A stretch of DNA of 64,000 nucleotides from an uncultured Chloroflexia bacterium (lineage in GTDB: Bacteria > Chloroflexota > Limnocylindria > Limnocylindrales > CSP1-4): positions 320,001 to 384,000 of the forward strand of contig CAVXPZ010000001.1 of assembly GCA_963763775.1 (NCBI GenBank), read 5' to 3'. Position numbers and translations under genes: made by a program. The notes below the pieces were generated by a model, which saw only the letters and a list, made by a program, of their open reading frames with translations, did not search any database and was not told the origin of the DNA. Positions 19,001 to 27,028 of this stretch are shown piece by piece (position 1 is the stretch's first letter; every line of letters starts with the position of its first letter).

Positions 19001-19941
19001 TCGGCGGGATCGTGACCGGTATCCGCACGGTGGTCACGAAGAAGCAGGAATCGATGGCGATCGCGACGCTCGAGGACCTCCAGGGGACCATCGAGGTCGT
19101 CGTGTTCCCGCGCCTCTACGAGACCACGCGGGGGACCTGGCGCGACGGGCAGATCCTGCTGGTCGCTGGGCGGGTCGACCATCGAGGCGAGGAGATCTCC
19201 TTGCTCGCCGACCTTGCGGTCGACTGGGACGACGCTGCGGCTCGCGGACCCGAGGCGTTCGCCCGGGAGGTCGCCGCCGGCGACCGCGGCCGAGGTCGCG
19301 GCGGGTACGGGGGCCGCAACGGGAACGGCAATGGGAACGGGAATGGCAACGGGTTCGGGCGACCGGCCGCCCCGCCCGACGAGCGGCCGATGGTCGCGGT
19401 CGGCCCGGGTCCGGCCGTCGACGCCCCGGTCGCGGTCGGTGCCGCGGTCGCCGGCGTGCCGCCGGACGCCCCGGCGGTGCCCTTCGTCTCGCCCCTGCGC
19501 GGCGACGAGGCGGCGGCCGGCATGGCGTCACTGCCATCCATCGCGCCGGCCGAGCCGATGCCCACGTACCAGGAGCCGCCTGGCGCCACCGTCGCCGATC
19601 CCGAGGTGGAAGAGGAGCCGGCGCTGCCCGATGAAGCGAGGTCGCGTGCGGCGGATCTCGCCGCGGCGCCGACCCGCCCGATGGATGCCGGGGAGGGGAG
19701 CGTCCTCCACGTCCGGTTCTTCGGCGCGTCGGGCGACCGGCTCCTCGACGCGATGCGCGCGTTCCGGGACGTCGTGCGGGCCCGCCCCGGCGAGACCCGT
19801 GTCCTCGTCCACATCGACGTCGCCGGGAGTACGGGCCTGCCGATGGAGCTTCGGCCCGTCGCCTACGACGCCGAGCTGCTGGCCGAGGTCCGTCGACGGC
19901 TGGGGGACGGCCTCGTCGAGCTCCGGCTCGCCAGCACGTGA
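16054..19941 (+). CDS. dnaE: DNA polymerase III alpha subunit
   Basis: PHP HLHVHSEFSLLDG/TDHG, RGSAPGS, PFERFLNPDR, MPDIDVDF, GLLKFDFLGL, YGFNKAH, QTSLF clamp motif, OB fold. Confidence 0.98.
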   Translation: MTTLAPNDFTHLHVHSEFSLLDGLGRITELVDAAAQQGMDSLALTDHGALYGAVAFYQAAKNQGIKPIIGIETYVARRSMLDKEGKADSQPFHLILLAQDWVGYQNLCRLATDAHLDGYYYKPRIDREHLAKHSKGLIGLSACLGGEVAKALEVDDWELARKVAGEYGDIFGKDRFFLELQDHGLAEQRRLNEQLHRLAPETGLPLVVTNDLHYVRRDQAEAQDVLLCIGTGNNLDTPNRLRFESPEFYVKSAAEMAALFPDDLDAIRNTRRIAEMTDISLPLGQLRIPHFPVPDGETVESWLRKECEAGLRRRYGEITPALQERLDYELGVILSMGYAGYFLIVADFIRFAREQGIQTTCRGSAPGSIVTYTLGITPVDPILYQLPFERFLNPDRVTMPDIDVDFEDGRRDEVIAYVGRKYGQDHVAQIITFGTMLARAAIRDVGRVLGNSYGEVDRIAKAIPNQLGISLDEALKIAPALREQVDADPGVKRIIDFARHLEGVARNASTHAAGVVISREPLTELMPLQRATNSDGLMTQYEMHAIEALGLLKFDFLGLSNLTILRQAVDTVRAERGVEIDLDTIPLDDARTFELLASGETTGIFQLESAGMRRYIRELRPTSVYDLAAMVALYRPGPMDNIPAYIRRKHGQEPVTYLHPLLEPYLEKTYGIFVYQEDIMSAAVALGGFSGPEADTLGYAIRKKKSAVLRAQKEKFVTQAAERGVAAKTIDDVFAAFEPFERYGFNKAHATCYGLIAYQTAYLKANYTVEYMTAVLTAFRSNEEKVAAAVAECRRMAIEVLPPDVHRSHLEFTVEGPAIRFGLLAVKNVGQGAIESIIAARDDGGTFRSLTDFCTRIDLRLCNRKVLEALIKVGALGDLGHPAQLLLGLDDAIASAQATQRDRVSGQTSLFDLGAADAEVFERPLPAATEVPMRERLRWEKELLGLYLSEHPMGEVAEQVGRFVNAYSGDLRDESLDGQRVVVGGIVTGIRTVVTKKQESMAIATLEDLQGTIEVVVFPRLYETTRGTWRDGQILLVAGRVDHRGEEISLLADLAVDWDDAAARGPEAFAREVAAGDRGRGRGGYGGRNGNGNGNGNGNGFGRPAAPPDERPMVAVGPGPAVDAPVAVGAAVAGVPPDAPAVPFVSPLRGDEAAAGMASLPSIAPAEPMPTYQEPPGATVADPEVEEEPALPDEARSRAADLAAAPTRPMDAGEGSVLHVRFFGASGDRLLDAMRAFRDVVRARPGETRVLVHIDVAGSTGLPMELRPVAYDAELLAEVRRRLGDGLVELRLAST

Positions 19942-19945
19942 CGGC

Positions 19946-20971
19946 ATGACGACCCCGTCATCCTGGGTGGCGACGCGACCCGACGAGGGCATCGACGCCG
20001 ACGCGGTGATCCGGCGCTGGTGGGGCCTGTCGGCCAGGTCCGTCGAGCCGCTGCCGAGCGAACGCGACCGGAATCTGCTGATCCAGCCCGACGCCGGCGC
20101 GCCCACACTCGTGCTGAAGATCTCGAACCTCGCCGAGGACGCGGCATTCCTCGATTGCCAGGATCTCGTCGCCGGCCGCCTCGCGACGGCGGGCCTGCCG
20201 GTCGCACGGCCCATCCCCGCGCTCGACGGCCGATCCGTGGTCGGCCTGGGCGACCCGGGACCGCCCTGGGCGAGACTCCTGCCGTGGCTGCCGGGGCGTC
20301 CGCTCGCGACCGTCGCGACGCCGTCGGACGGGCTCCTCGCGGACCTCGGACGCGTGCTCGGCGGGGTCGCCGCGGCCCTCGCGGGCGTGGACCACCCGGC
20401 GGCCCATCGACCGCTCCAATGGGACGTCCTGCACGCGGTCGACGTCATCGGCGCGAACCTGCCCGACGTCGACGACCCCGACCGGCGGGCCTTGCTGGAG
20501 CGCACCCTGGCCGGGCTGCGGGACCGGCTCGTCCCCGTCCTGCCGCGACTGCGGCGGAGCCTGATCCACAACGACGCCAATGACTACAACGTGCTGGTCG
20601 ACGAGACCGGGGAGCGCGTCACGGGCCTGCTCGACTTCGGCGACCTGCTGCACTCGGTGACGGCTGCCGAGGTCACGATCGCCGCCGCCTACGCGATGTT
20701 CCATCGGGAGGATCCGATCTCGGTCCTGGGGCCGCTCGTCGGGGCGTTCGACGCCGCGTTCACGCTGACCGATGACGAGATCGACGCCGTGCCGGGCCTG
20801 GTCACGGCCCGCCTCGCCACGAGCGTGGCGATCTCGGCCCATCAGTCCCGGCTCGACCACGACCCGTACCTGCGCGTCTCCGAGGCTTCGGGTTGGACGC
20901 TGCTTGCGCAGCTGGAGGCGGTCGGCCCGGATGCCGTCCGCCGCGCCGTGCACGAGGCCGTCGGCCGATGA
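19946..20971 (+). CDS. APH-family phosphotransferase (hydroxylysine-kinase-like)
   Basis: LPSERDRN, VLKISN, IHNDANDYNVLV, LLDFGD. Confidence 0.85.
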   Translation: MTTPSSWVATRPDEGIDADAVIRRWWGLSARSVEPLPSERDRNLLIQPDAGAPTLVLKISNLAEDAAFLDCQDLVAGRLATAGLPVARPIPALDGRSVVGLGDPGPPWARLLPWLPGRPLATVATPSDGLLADLGRVLGGVAAALAGVDHPAAHRPLQWDVLHAVDVIGANLPDVDDPDRRALLERTLAGLRDRLVPVLPRLRRSLIHNDANDYNVLVDETGERVTGLLDFGDLLHSVTAAEVTIAAAYAMFHREDPISVLGPLVGAFDAAFTLTDDEIDAVPGLVTARLATSVAISAHQSRLDHDPYLRVSEASGWTLLAQLEAVGPDAVRRAVHEAVGR

Positions 20972-22281
20972 CGGCCAGGGACGCGAGCGCGGACACGGAT
21001 CTCCTCGCCCGGCGCCGCCGCGCCATCGGCCCCTCGCTGTCGCTGAGCTACCGCCGCCCGCTGACGATCGTTCGCGGCGAGGGTGCGTACCTGTACGACG
21101 CGGACGGCCGCGGCTACCTGGACCTCGTGAACAACGTCGCGCACGTCGGCCACGCGAACCCGCGGGTCGTCGAAGCCGCCGCGCGCCAGAAGGCCCTCCT
21201 CGAGACGAACACGCGCTACCTGCACCCGGCGGTCCTCGACTACGCGGACCGACTCGTCGCGACCCTCCCCGCGCCGCTCGAGGTCGCCTATCTCGTGAAC
21301 TCCGGCAGCGAGGCGAACGAGCTCGCCCTCAGGCTCGCGCGGGCCGCGACCGGCCGCCGCGACGTCGTGGCGTTCGAGGGCGCGTATCACGGCAACACGG
21401 GGGCCCTGATCGACGTCAGCCCGTACAAGTTCGACGGTCCGGGCGGGACCGGTCGACCGGAGCACGTCCACGTGGCGCCGCTCGCGGACCCGTACCGGGG
21501 TCGCTACCGCGGTACGACGGCCGAGTCTGGCGCGGCGTACGTCGCGGAGCTGCGGGCGGTCCTCGATGCCGCGGCGGCCGACGGGCGACCGGTCGGCGCC
21601 GTCATCGTCGAGTCGGCGCCCGGCACGGCGGGACAGGTCATCCCGCCGCCCGGGTTCCTGTCAGGTGCCTACCGGGCGGCGAGGGACGCCGGGGCCGTGG
21701 CGATCGCCGACGAGGTCCAGGTGGGCCTGGGTCGGGTCGGAGCCGAGTGGTGGTCGTTCCAGCTCGACGACGCGGTCCCCGACATCGTCACGATGGGCAA
21801 ACCGCTCGGGAACGGCCATCCGCTGGGCGCGGTCGTGACGACGCGCGAGATCGCCGACGCCTTCGCGAACGGGATGGAGTGGTTCAACACGTTCGGCGGG
21901 AACGCCGTGTCCGCGCGCGTCGGCCTGGCCGTCATGGACGTCATCGAGGCGGAAGGGCTCCGCCAGCACGCGACCGACGCCGGCGCCCGGTTCCTGCAGG
22001 GGTTCCGCGAGCTCGCGACTCGCCACGAGGCGATCGGCGACGTCCGCGGTCAGGGCCTGTACGTGGGGGTCGTGCTGGTCACGGACCGTGGAACGCGTCA
22101 GCCGGCGACCGCGCTGGCCGCGGACCTGCTCGAAGGGGCCCTGGAGCGCGGCATCCTCCTGAGCACCGACGGCCCGGGCCACGACAGCCTGAAGATCAAG
22201 CCCCCGCTCGTCATCGACACCGCGGACGTCGACCGGACGATCGAGACGATCGACGAGGTCCTGACGAGCCTAGGCGCCTGA
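20968..22281 (+). CDS. Class III PLP aminotransferase-family protein (phospho-lyase AGXT2L-like)
   Basis: YLDLVNNVAHVGH, NSGSEANELA, YHG, ADEVQVGLGR, TMGKPLGNG, FNTFGGN. Confidence 0.9.
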   Translation: MTARDASADTDLLARRRRAIGPSLSLSYRRPLTIVRGEGAYLYDADGRGYLDLVNNVAHVGHANPRVVEAAARQKALLETNTRYLHPAVLDYADRLVATLPAPLEVAYLVNSGSEANELALRLARAATGRRDVVAFEGAYHGNTGALIDVSPYKFDGPGGTGRPEHVHVAPLADPYRGRYRGTTAESGAAYVAELRAVLDAAAADGRPVGAVIVESAPGTAGQVIPPPGFLSGAYRAARDAGAVAIADEVQVGLGRVGAEWWSFQLDDAVPDIVTMGKPLGNGHPLGAVVTTREIADAFANGMEWFNTFGGNAVSARVGLAVMDVIEAEGLRQHATDAGARFLQGFRELATRHEAIGDVRGQGLYVGVVLVTDRGTRQPATALAADLLEGALERGILLSTDGPGHDSLKIKPPLVIDTADVDRTIETIDEVLTSLGA

Positions 22282-22857
22282 GCCTCCGGAGGCCTCGGCG
22301 ATCCGCCGGACCTCCTGGACGGCCGAGAGCTTCTCGTGGAAGTCCGCGCGGATGGCGTTGACCTGGGCGGGCTCCAGGTCGAGCTCGCGGGCGATCTCGT
22401 TGACCTCGTTGGCCTCCTCGGCCGAGATGGTCCCGTTGGCGGCCGCGATGGCGAAACAGGCGCGCAGCACGTCGAGCCGCTGCGCCTCGGTGGCGAGCTT
22501 GCGGAACTCGCGGACGACCACGTAATCCTCGGTCGCCCCGACGGTCTTCGCCTGGAGCTTGGCCATCTCGGTGACCAGCACGGCCGTGGCCTCGTCGATG
22601 CTGCTCTCCGACTGGAGGGCCGTCTCGATCGCCGCCGTCTCGTCGTCGCTGATGTCGAGGTCGGCGTTCGCGGCTCGGGCCAGCGTGTACGCAGCGGCCG
22701 CGATGAACCGCGCCTGCTCGGGCGGCATGGCCTCGAGCTTGGCCACGATCCGGCGGACGGTGGCCGTGTCGCCCGCGGCGATCGCGGCATCCGGGGCCGG
22801 TGCGGCCGGAGCCGCAGGGGCCGGGGCAGGCTTGGAGTCGAAGAATCGGTGGAACAT
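22270..22857 (-). CDS. TerB-family protein
   Basis: Two A.AD/A.ANG.IS..E helical repeats typical of TerB. Confidence 0.75.
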   Translation of the reverse strand: MFHRFFDSKPAPAPAAPAAPAPDAAIAAGDTATVRRIVAKLEAMPPEQARFIAAAAYTLARAANADLDISDDETAAIETALQSESSIDEATAVLVTEMAKLQAKTVGATEDYVVVREFRKLATEAQRLDVLRACFAIAAANGTISAEEANEVNEIARELDLEPAQVNAIRADFHEKLSAVQEVRRIAEASGGSGA

Positions 22858-22946
22858 GGAGCCCTCGGGGTCGGTGATGGGATGTCACGCGGAGGATGTC
22901 ACACGTCGCCGAGGCACGTCGGCGAGGCTGGCGCCGGAGGCTCGCG

Positions 22947-23390
22947 TCAGCGGCGCATCAGGCTGGACACCTCCGGCTCGGGTCCACGCCAGCGCTCGAT
23001 CTCCTCGGTCGCGAAGCGCCCGTAGTGGTTGATGAAATGCCCGCGCCGTGCACGCAAGATGTCGGCGACAGCCCGGGTCGGCCGTTCGCCGCGCACTCTG
23101 ACCATCAGGACCGCGCCGCCGCGTCGGACGGCGCCCTCGTACCAGGCGAAGTCGGGCAGCTGGTCCATCACGGTGAACGAGACGAGGCGCCGCAGCTTGC
23201 TGACGGGGCCGTTGGCCGCGCCGGAGCCGTCGAGCCGGTCCGCGCCCTCGCTGCCGCGGAGGATCGTGATGTCCCCGTCCGGGGTCCCGGTCGCCCGCAG
23301 GGCCGCCGCCGCCGCAGCGGCATCCGCGGGGTCGTCGAACGCGGCGAGCATCCGGTCGACCGGGTAGCCGATGAATCGGGCCTGGGTCAT
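22947..23390 (-). CDS. Hypothetical protein
   Basis: MTQARFIGYPVDRMLAAFDD...; TACGAT 7 nt upstream of the ATG; coherent codon usage. Confidence 0.7.
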   Translation of the reverse strand: MTQARFIGYPVDRMLAAFDDPADAAAAAAALRATGTPDGDITILRGSEGADRLDGSGAANGPVSKLRRLVSFTVMDQLPDFAWYEGAVRRGGAVLMVRVRGERPTRAVADILRARRGHFINHYGRFATEEIERWRGPEPEVSSLMRR

Positions 23391-24172
23391 GTCCTCGATC
23401 GTACCGCCGCGGGTCGCGGGACGAGGCCGATGGGCAGGTGGATGGTCGGCAAGGGGCGGACGGGTCGCGTGCGGCCGGCCCAGGCGATGAGCGGCAGCGA
23501 CAGGAACGTCAGGCTCGCCACGCTGTAGGTCCAGTCCATCGGCGCGTGGCGGATGACCGCCGCCCACTCCAGCCACAAGGCCCCGAACACCATCGAGGAG
23601 AGCGCCACCAGGCCGGCCATCCACCACCAGTCGCGTCGTCCGACACCGACGAGCATCAGCGGCCAGAGGCTGGGCTTGATCACGATGAGCGGGGCCGCCC
23701 AGCCGAACCGGAGACCGACGGCGAGGATCGCCCACACCCACAGGTCCGAGTTGCCGAAGATCACCGCGATGTGGCCGCGCGGAAGGATCAGCAGCGCCGC
23801 CATCAGCGGCCACGTCCACGGCGCGGGGCGCCAGGACCAGACGGTCCAGGCGATGGCGACGGCGGGCAGCGCCCACCACAGCCACGCGGGCAGGATGAGG
23901 AACGGCGTCAGCAGCAGCAGCGTCGTCGGGGGGTGCAGGAACGTGTGCGGGCCCGGCGTGAACGGCCCGGCGATCTCCGTCTCGAGGTACGGGGAACCGG
24001 ACGTGATCCAGCGTCGCGTCGCCTCGAGGTATTGCGCGAAGTCCTGCCCGACGACCCCGAGCCGGACGGCCTCTCGCCACTCAGCCTGGACGACCAGGGC
24101 GGCCACGACGATGCAGGCCAGCGCGAGGCCAAGCGCGACGGGGCGGTACCAGCGGATCGCCGATGGGCGCAC
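23387..24172 (-). CDS. Membrane protein, GT87/DUF2029-like
   Basis: DFAQY..A..W..G.PY, FLHPP, FGN, IKP motifs; multiple TM segments. The start is uncertain. Confidence 0.6.
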   Translation of the reverse strand: MRPSAIRWYRPVALGLALACIVVAALVVQAEWREAVRLGVVGQDFAQYLEATRRWITSGSPYLETEIAGPFTPGPHTFLHPPTTLLLLTPFLILPAWLWWALPAVAIAWTVWSWRPAPWTWPLMAALLILPRGHIAVIFGNSDLWVWAILAVGLRFGWAAPLIVIKPSLWPLMLVGVGRRDWWWMAGLVALSSMVFGALWLEWAAVIRHAPMDWTYSVASLTFLSLPLIAWAGRTRPVRPLPTIHLPIGLVPRPAAVRSRT

Positions 24173-24312
24173 GACCAACTCCGCAGTGGCGTCCCCGGCA
24201 GGGCGGCCGGGGCGGGGCGGACATCCTACGCCAGTCCGGTGCGGTCGGGAATGGTCGGGTGCGGCCTGGTGATGCCGGCGAGCACCGCCGGTCGGGGACC
24301 GCGCGCGGCGGA

Positions 24313-24398
24313 TGGTCCCGGAGGAGGGAGTCGAACCCTCATGCCCTTGCGGGCGGCCGATTTTGAGTCGGCTGCGTATGCCATTCCGCCACTCCGGG
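24313..24398 (-). tRNA. tRNA-Leu(CAA)
   Basis: CCCGGAG acceptor stem, GCCGA-CTCAAAA-TCGGC anticodon arm, long variable arm, GTTCGA, encoded CCA. Confidence 0.95.
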
Positions 24399-24510
24399 TG
24401 GGCCGCGGGCATCGTAGCGCCAGACGCGGCCCGGGATGGCGGCGAGCGTCGACCGATGTGCGCGCGGACGACCCGCGCGAGCCGACGACGCGGGAGTATC
24501 GTCCGCGTCG

Positions 24511-25116
24511 ATGGCCGACTTCTTCTTGCTGCTGTTCATCGCCGGGTACGTCCGCGGCGGCTGGTCGACCGGGTTCCTTCGCCGACTGATCGGTCTCGGC
24601 TACCTCGCCGCGTCGTTCGTCGTCGGTGCCTATCTTCGGGTGCCGATCGGCAACATCGTGTCCGGGTTCTTCCCGAAGATGCCGCCCGCCTATGCGGAGA
24701 TGGTGGGCTACTCGGTCGCCTTCGCGGTGCTGGTCGCCGCGCTCAACCTGATCACGGGTCCGGTCCTCAGGAACGTCGCGGTCGGCGGGGTGTCGCGGCG
24801 GCTCGACCAGGCACTCGGCGCCGTCCTCGGCGGGGTCGAGGCGATCCTGCTCATCTCGGTCGCGATCGTCATCCTCGACACGTACTTCGGGAAGGGCGGC
24901 GCGCTGGCGACCGATCCCGGCCTCGGGTTCCTCAAGGACCTCACGGTCGCGCTGGACAGCTCCACGATCGGTCAGGCGCTGATCAACACCACGGTCCCGT
25001 TCGTGCTGGCGATCCTCGGCCCGCTGCTGCCCAAGGATGTGAGCACGCTGGTTCCGACCGGTCTCCCGGGTGGCCTGCCGCCGGGCCTGCCCGTGGTGCC
25101 GCTCCCGACGTCCTAG
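24511..25116 (+). CDS. CvpA-family membrane protein
   Basis: GWSTGFLRRL, LDQALGAVLG; 4 TM segments. Confidence 0.8.
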   Translation: MADFFLLLFIAGYVRGGWSTGFLRRLIGLGYLAASFVVGAYLRVPIGNIVSGFFPKMPPAYAEMVGYSVAFAVLVAALNLITGPVLRNVAVGGVSRRLDQALGAVLGGVEAILLISVAIVILDTYFGKGGALATDPGLGFLKDLTVALDSSTIGQALINTTVPFVLAILGPLLPKDVSTLVPTGLPGGLPPGLPVVPLPTS

Positions 25117-25124
25117 GTCGCCTC

Positions 25125-25150
25125 GGAACCGCCTGCAACGTCCCGGCGTC
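25125..25150 (+). promoter_or_regulatory. Putative ECF-type autoregulatory promoter
   Basis: GGAAC-N17-CGTC upstream of the ECF sigma gene. A TAGACT -10 hexamer also lies at 25168. Confidence 0.45.
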
Positions 25151-25214
25151 TCGCCCGGGACCGATGCTAGACTCGCCCAGCCTCAGAATCGCCGTCCGGA
25201 GGGACCCCCAAGCC

Positions 25215-25823
25215 GTGGAGGACCTTCGCTCGACGACGGTCTCCGACGACCCCGTCCAGCGCCGCGACCTCATCCTCCTCGAGCGAGCCCGCGACGGCGA
25301 CCTCGGGGCATTCAACGACCTCGTCGTGCTGTACCAGGACCAGCTGTTCGCCCTCGTCGTGCGGATGGTCCCCGACCGCGACCAGGCGTCCGACGCCGTC
25401 CAGGAAGCCTTCTTCTCGGCGTTCCGCAACCTGCGCTCGTTCCGTGGCGGCAGCGTCAAGGCGTGGCTCAATCGGATCTGCGTCAACGCGGCGATGGACA
25501 CGCAGCGAGCACGGAAGCGGCGGCCGGTCCAGCCATATCCGGAGCTCGACGACGAGAGCTGGCAGCCGCCCGCCGGCGTCGACGCCGACCCGGAGCGCAC
25601 CGCGGTCCTCACGGAGCGCACGAACATCCTTCGCCGCGCGCTCGCCCAGATCACCGACGACCAGCGGACGGCCATCGTCCTGTTCGATGTCGAGGGCTAC
25701 GACTACGCGGAGATCGCCGAGATGACCGGCGTCTCGCTCGGGACCGTGAAGTCTCGGATCCACCGAGGGCGGCTGGCCCTGCGGGACCTCCTCGAGGACC
25801 GGCTGGAGCTGTTCCGTGCGTGA
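25215..25823 (+). CDS. ECF RNA polymerase sigma factor
   Basis: GDLGAFNDLV, DAVQEAF, AWLNRI..N, YAEIAE...GTVKSRIHRGR. The start is approximate. Confidence 0.93.
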   Translation: MEDLRSTTVSDDPVQRRDLILLERARDGDLGAFNDLVVLYQDQLFALVVRMVPDRDQASDAVQEAFFSAFRNLRSFRGGSVKAWLNRICVNAAMDTQRARKRRPVQPYPELDDESWQPPAGVDADPERTAVLTERTNILRRALAQITDDQRTAIVLFDVEGYDYAEIAEMTGVSLGTVKSRIHRGRLALRDLLEDRLELFRA

Positions 25824-26943
25824 CGCGCACGAGGACCACGACCTCGCCCTCGTGGTCGCCTACGCGGACGACGAGCTCGGCGGCGACGACGCCGCGGCCG
25901 CGCTGACGCTGGTCGAGACGTGCCCGAGGTGCGCGTCGCTGGTCACCGATCTGCGCTCGCTGAGCGCGGCTGACAGGGCGATCGCCACCCCGCCGCGGCC
26001 ACGCGACTTCCGCCTCACGCCGGCAGATGCCGCACGGTTGACCGCCGCGGGACCGGAACCCGATGTCGCCGCAGGTCGTCTGACGGGTGCGATGACGGAC
26101 CTCAGCCCGGCCCACGGGACGCACGACCCTCTCCTGATCGCCGCGGCCGCGGACGGGTCGCTCGAGGACGCCGACCGGACCCGCGTCGACGATTGGCTCG
26201 CCGGCTGCTCGCCGTGCGCCGAGCTCCGCGCCGACCTCGTCGCCATCGCGGCCGCGAACCGGGCGATGCCCACGCCCCCGCGGCCCCGCGACTTCCAGCT
26301 GACGCCGGCCGACGCCCAGCGGGCGACCGGTCGGGGCTGGCGCGGGTTCGTCGCCAGGATCGGGACCGCCCGCGACGGGTTCTCGCGGCCGCTCGCCGCC
26401 GGCTTGACCGCGCTCGGGCTCGCGGGACTCCTGCTCTCGGGCGGAGGGTCGCTCCTCCCCAGCTCCTCATCCGGCGCCGCGGTCCTGTCGACGGTGGGCG
26501 CCGCGATCCCGCAGCCCGAATCGAAGGGCCTGGACGGCGCATCGGCCCCGGCCGCGGTCGACGATCCGAACGTGTTCTCGGGCAGCGCCGAAGGACCGGC
26601 TGCTGCCGCCCCGTCAGCCGCGGCCTCCGCCGCGCCGGCGAACCCCTTGTCCGGCGCGGCGCCCGCGCCGCAGCCGGATGGTCCCGGTCCCGTCGAGATG
26701 CAGAACAGCGGGTCCGGGTCGACCGACGCGTACGCGGCGGCCTCCGCGGCATCGTCCGCGGCCGCGGATGACGCCAGCCGGAACGGGGGCGCGTCGCCGT
26801 CGGACGCCACCCGGTCGCTGACCGTCGAGGCGCCTGCGGCCGAAGGGCCGCCCGCCGGCGTCCTGGTGTCGGTCGGACTGCTCCTCGCGGGGCTCGCCCT
26901 GTTCGCGTTCCGCTGGGCCGCTCGGCGCCGCGAGACCACCTAG
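25816..26943 (+). CDS. Membrane-anchored anti-sigma factor with tandem zinc-finger-like domains
   Basis: Overlaps the sigma gene. Two HxxHD...CxxC...PPRPRDFxLTPADA units, a TM helix, an Ala/Ser/Pro linker and a C-terminal TM. Confidence 0.75.
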   Translation: MRDAHEDHDLALVVAYADDELGGDDAAAALTLVETCPRCASLVTDLRSLSAADRAIATPPRPRDFRLTPADAARLTAAGPEPDVAAGRLTGAMTDLSPAHGTHDPLLIAAAADGSLEDADRTRVDDWLAGCSPCAELRADLVAIAAANRAMPTPPRPRDFQLTPADAQRATGRGWRGFVARIGTARDGFSRPLAAGLTALGLAGLLLSGGGSLLPSSSSGAAVLSTVGAAIPQPESKGLDGASAPAAVDDPNVFSGSAEGPAAAAPSAAASAAPANPLSGAAPAPQPDGPGPVEMQNSGSGSTDAYAAASAASSAAADDASRNGGASPSDATRSLTVEAPAAEGPPAGVLVSVGLLLAGLALFAFRWAARRRETT

Positions 26944-27024
26944 GCCTCGGACCGGGGCGGGTCCCGCGGGTACACTGGGACCTCCATCACCCCCGTCCCA
27001 CCCGCGGGACCGTTCCCGAGGCCT
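26942..27024. repeat. Nested inverted repeats filling the polA upstream intergenic region
   Basis: AGGCCTCGG/CCGAGGCCT, GGTCCCGCGGGT/ACCCGCGGGACC and TGGGAC/GTCCCA. Confidence 0.75.
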
Positions 27025-27028
27025 GCCG

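Noticed and set aside
15967-19182. Long antisense ORFs (e.g. 1071 aa opposite dnaE, 891 aa opposite polA, 978 aa overlapping uvrC)
   Set aside because: Shadow ORFs expected in very GC-rich DNA. They have no motifs and overlap well-supported genes.
22270-24313. Island integrated at the 3' end of tRNA-Leu(CAA)
   Set aside because: No duplicated tRNA 3' end and no integrase found downstream.
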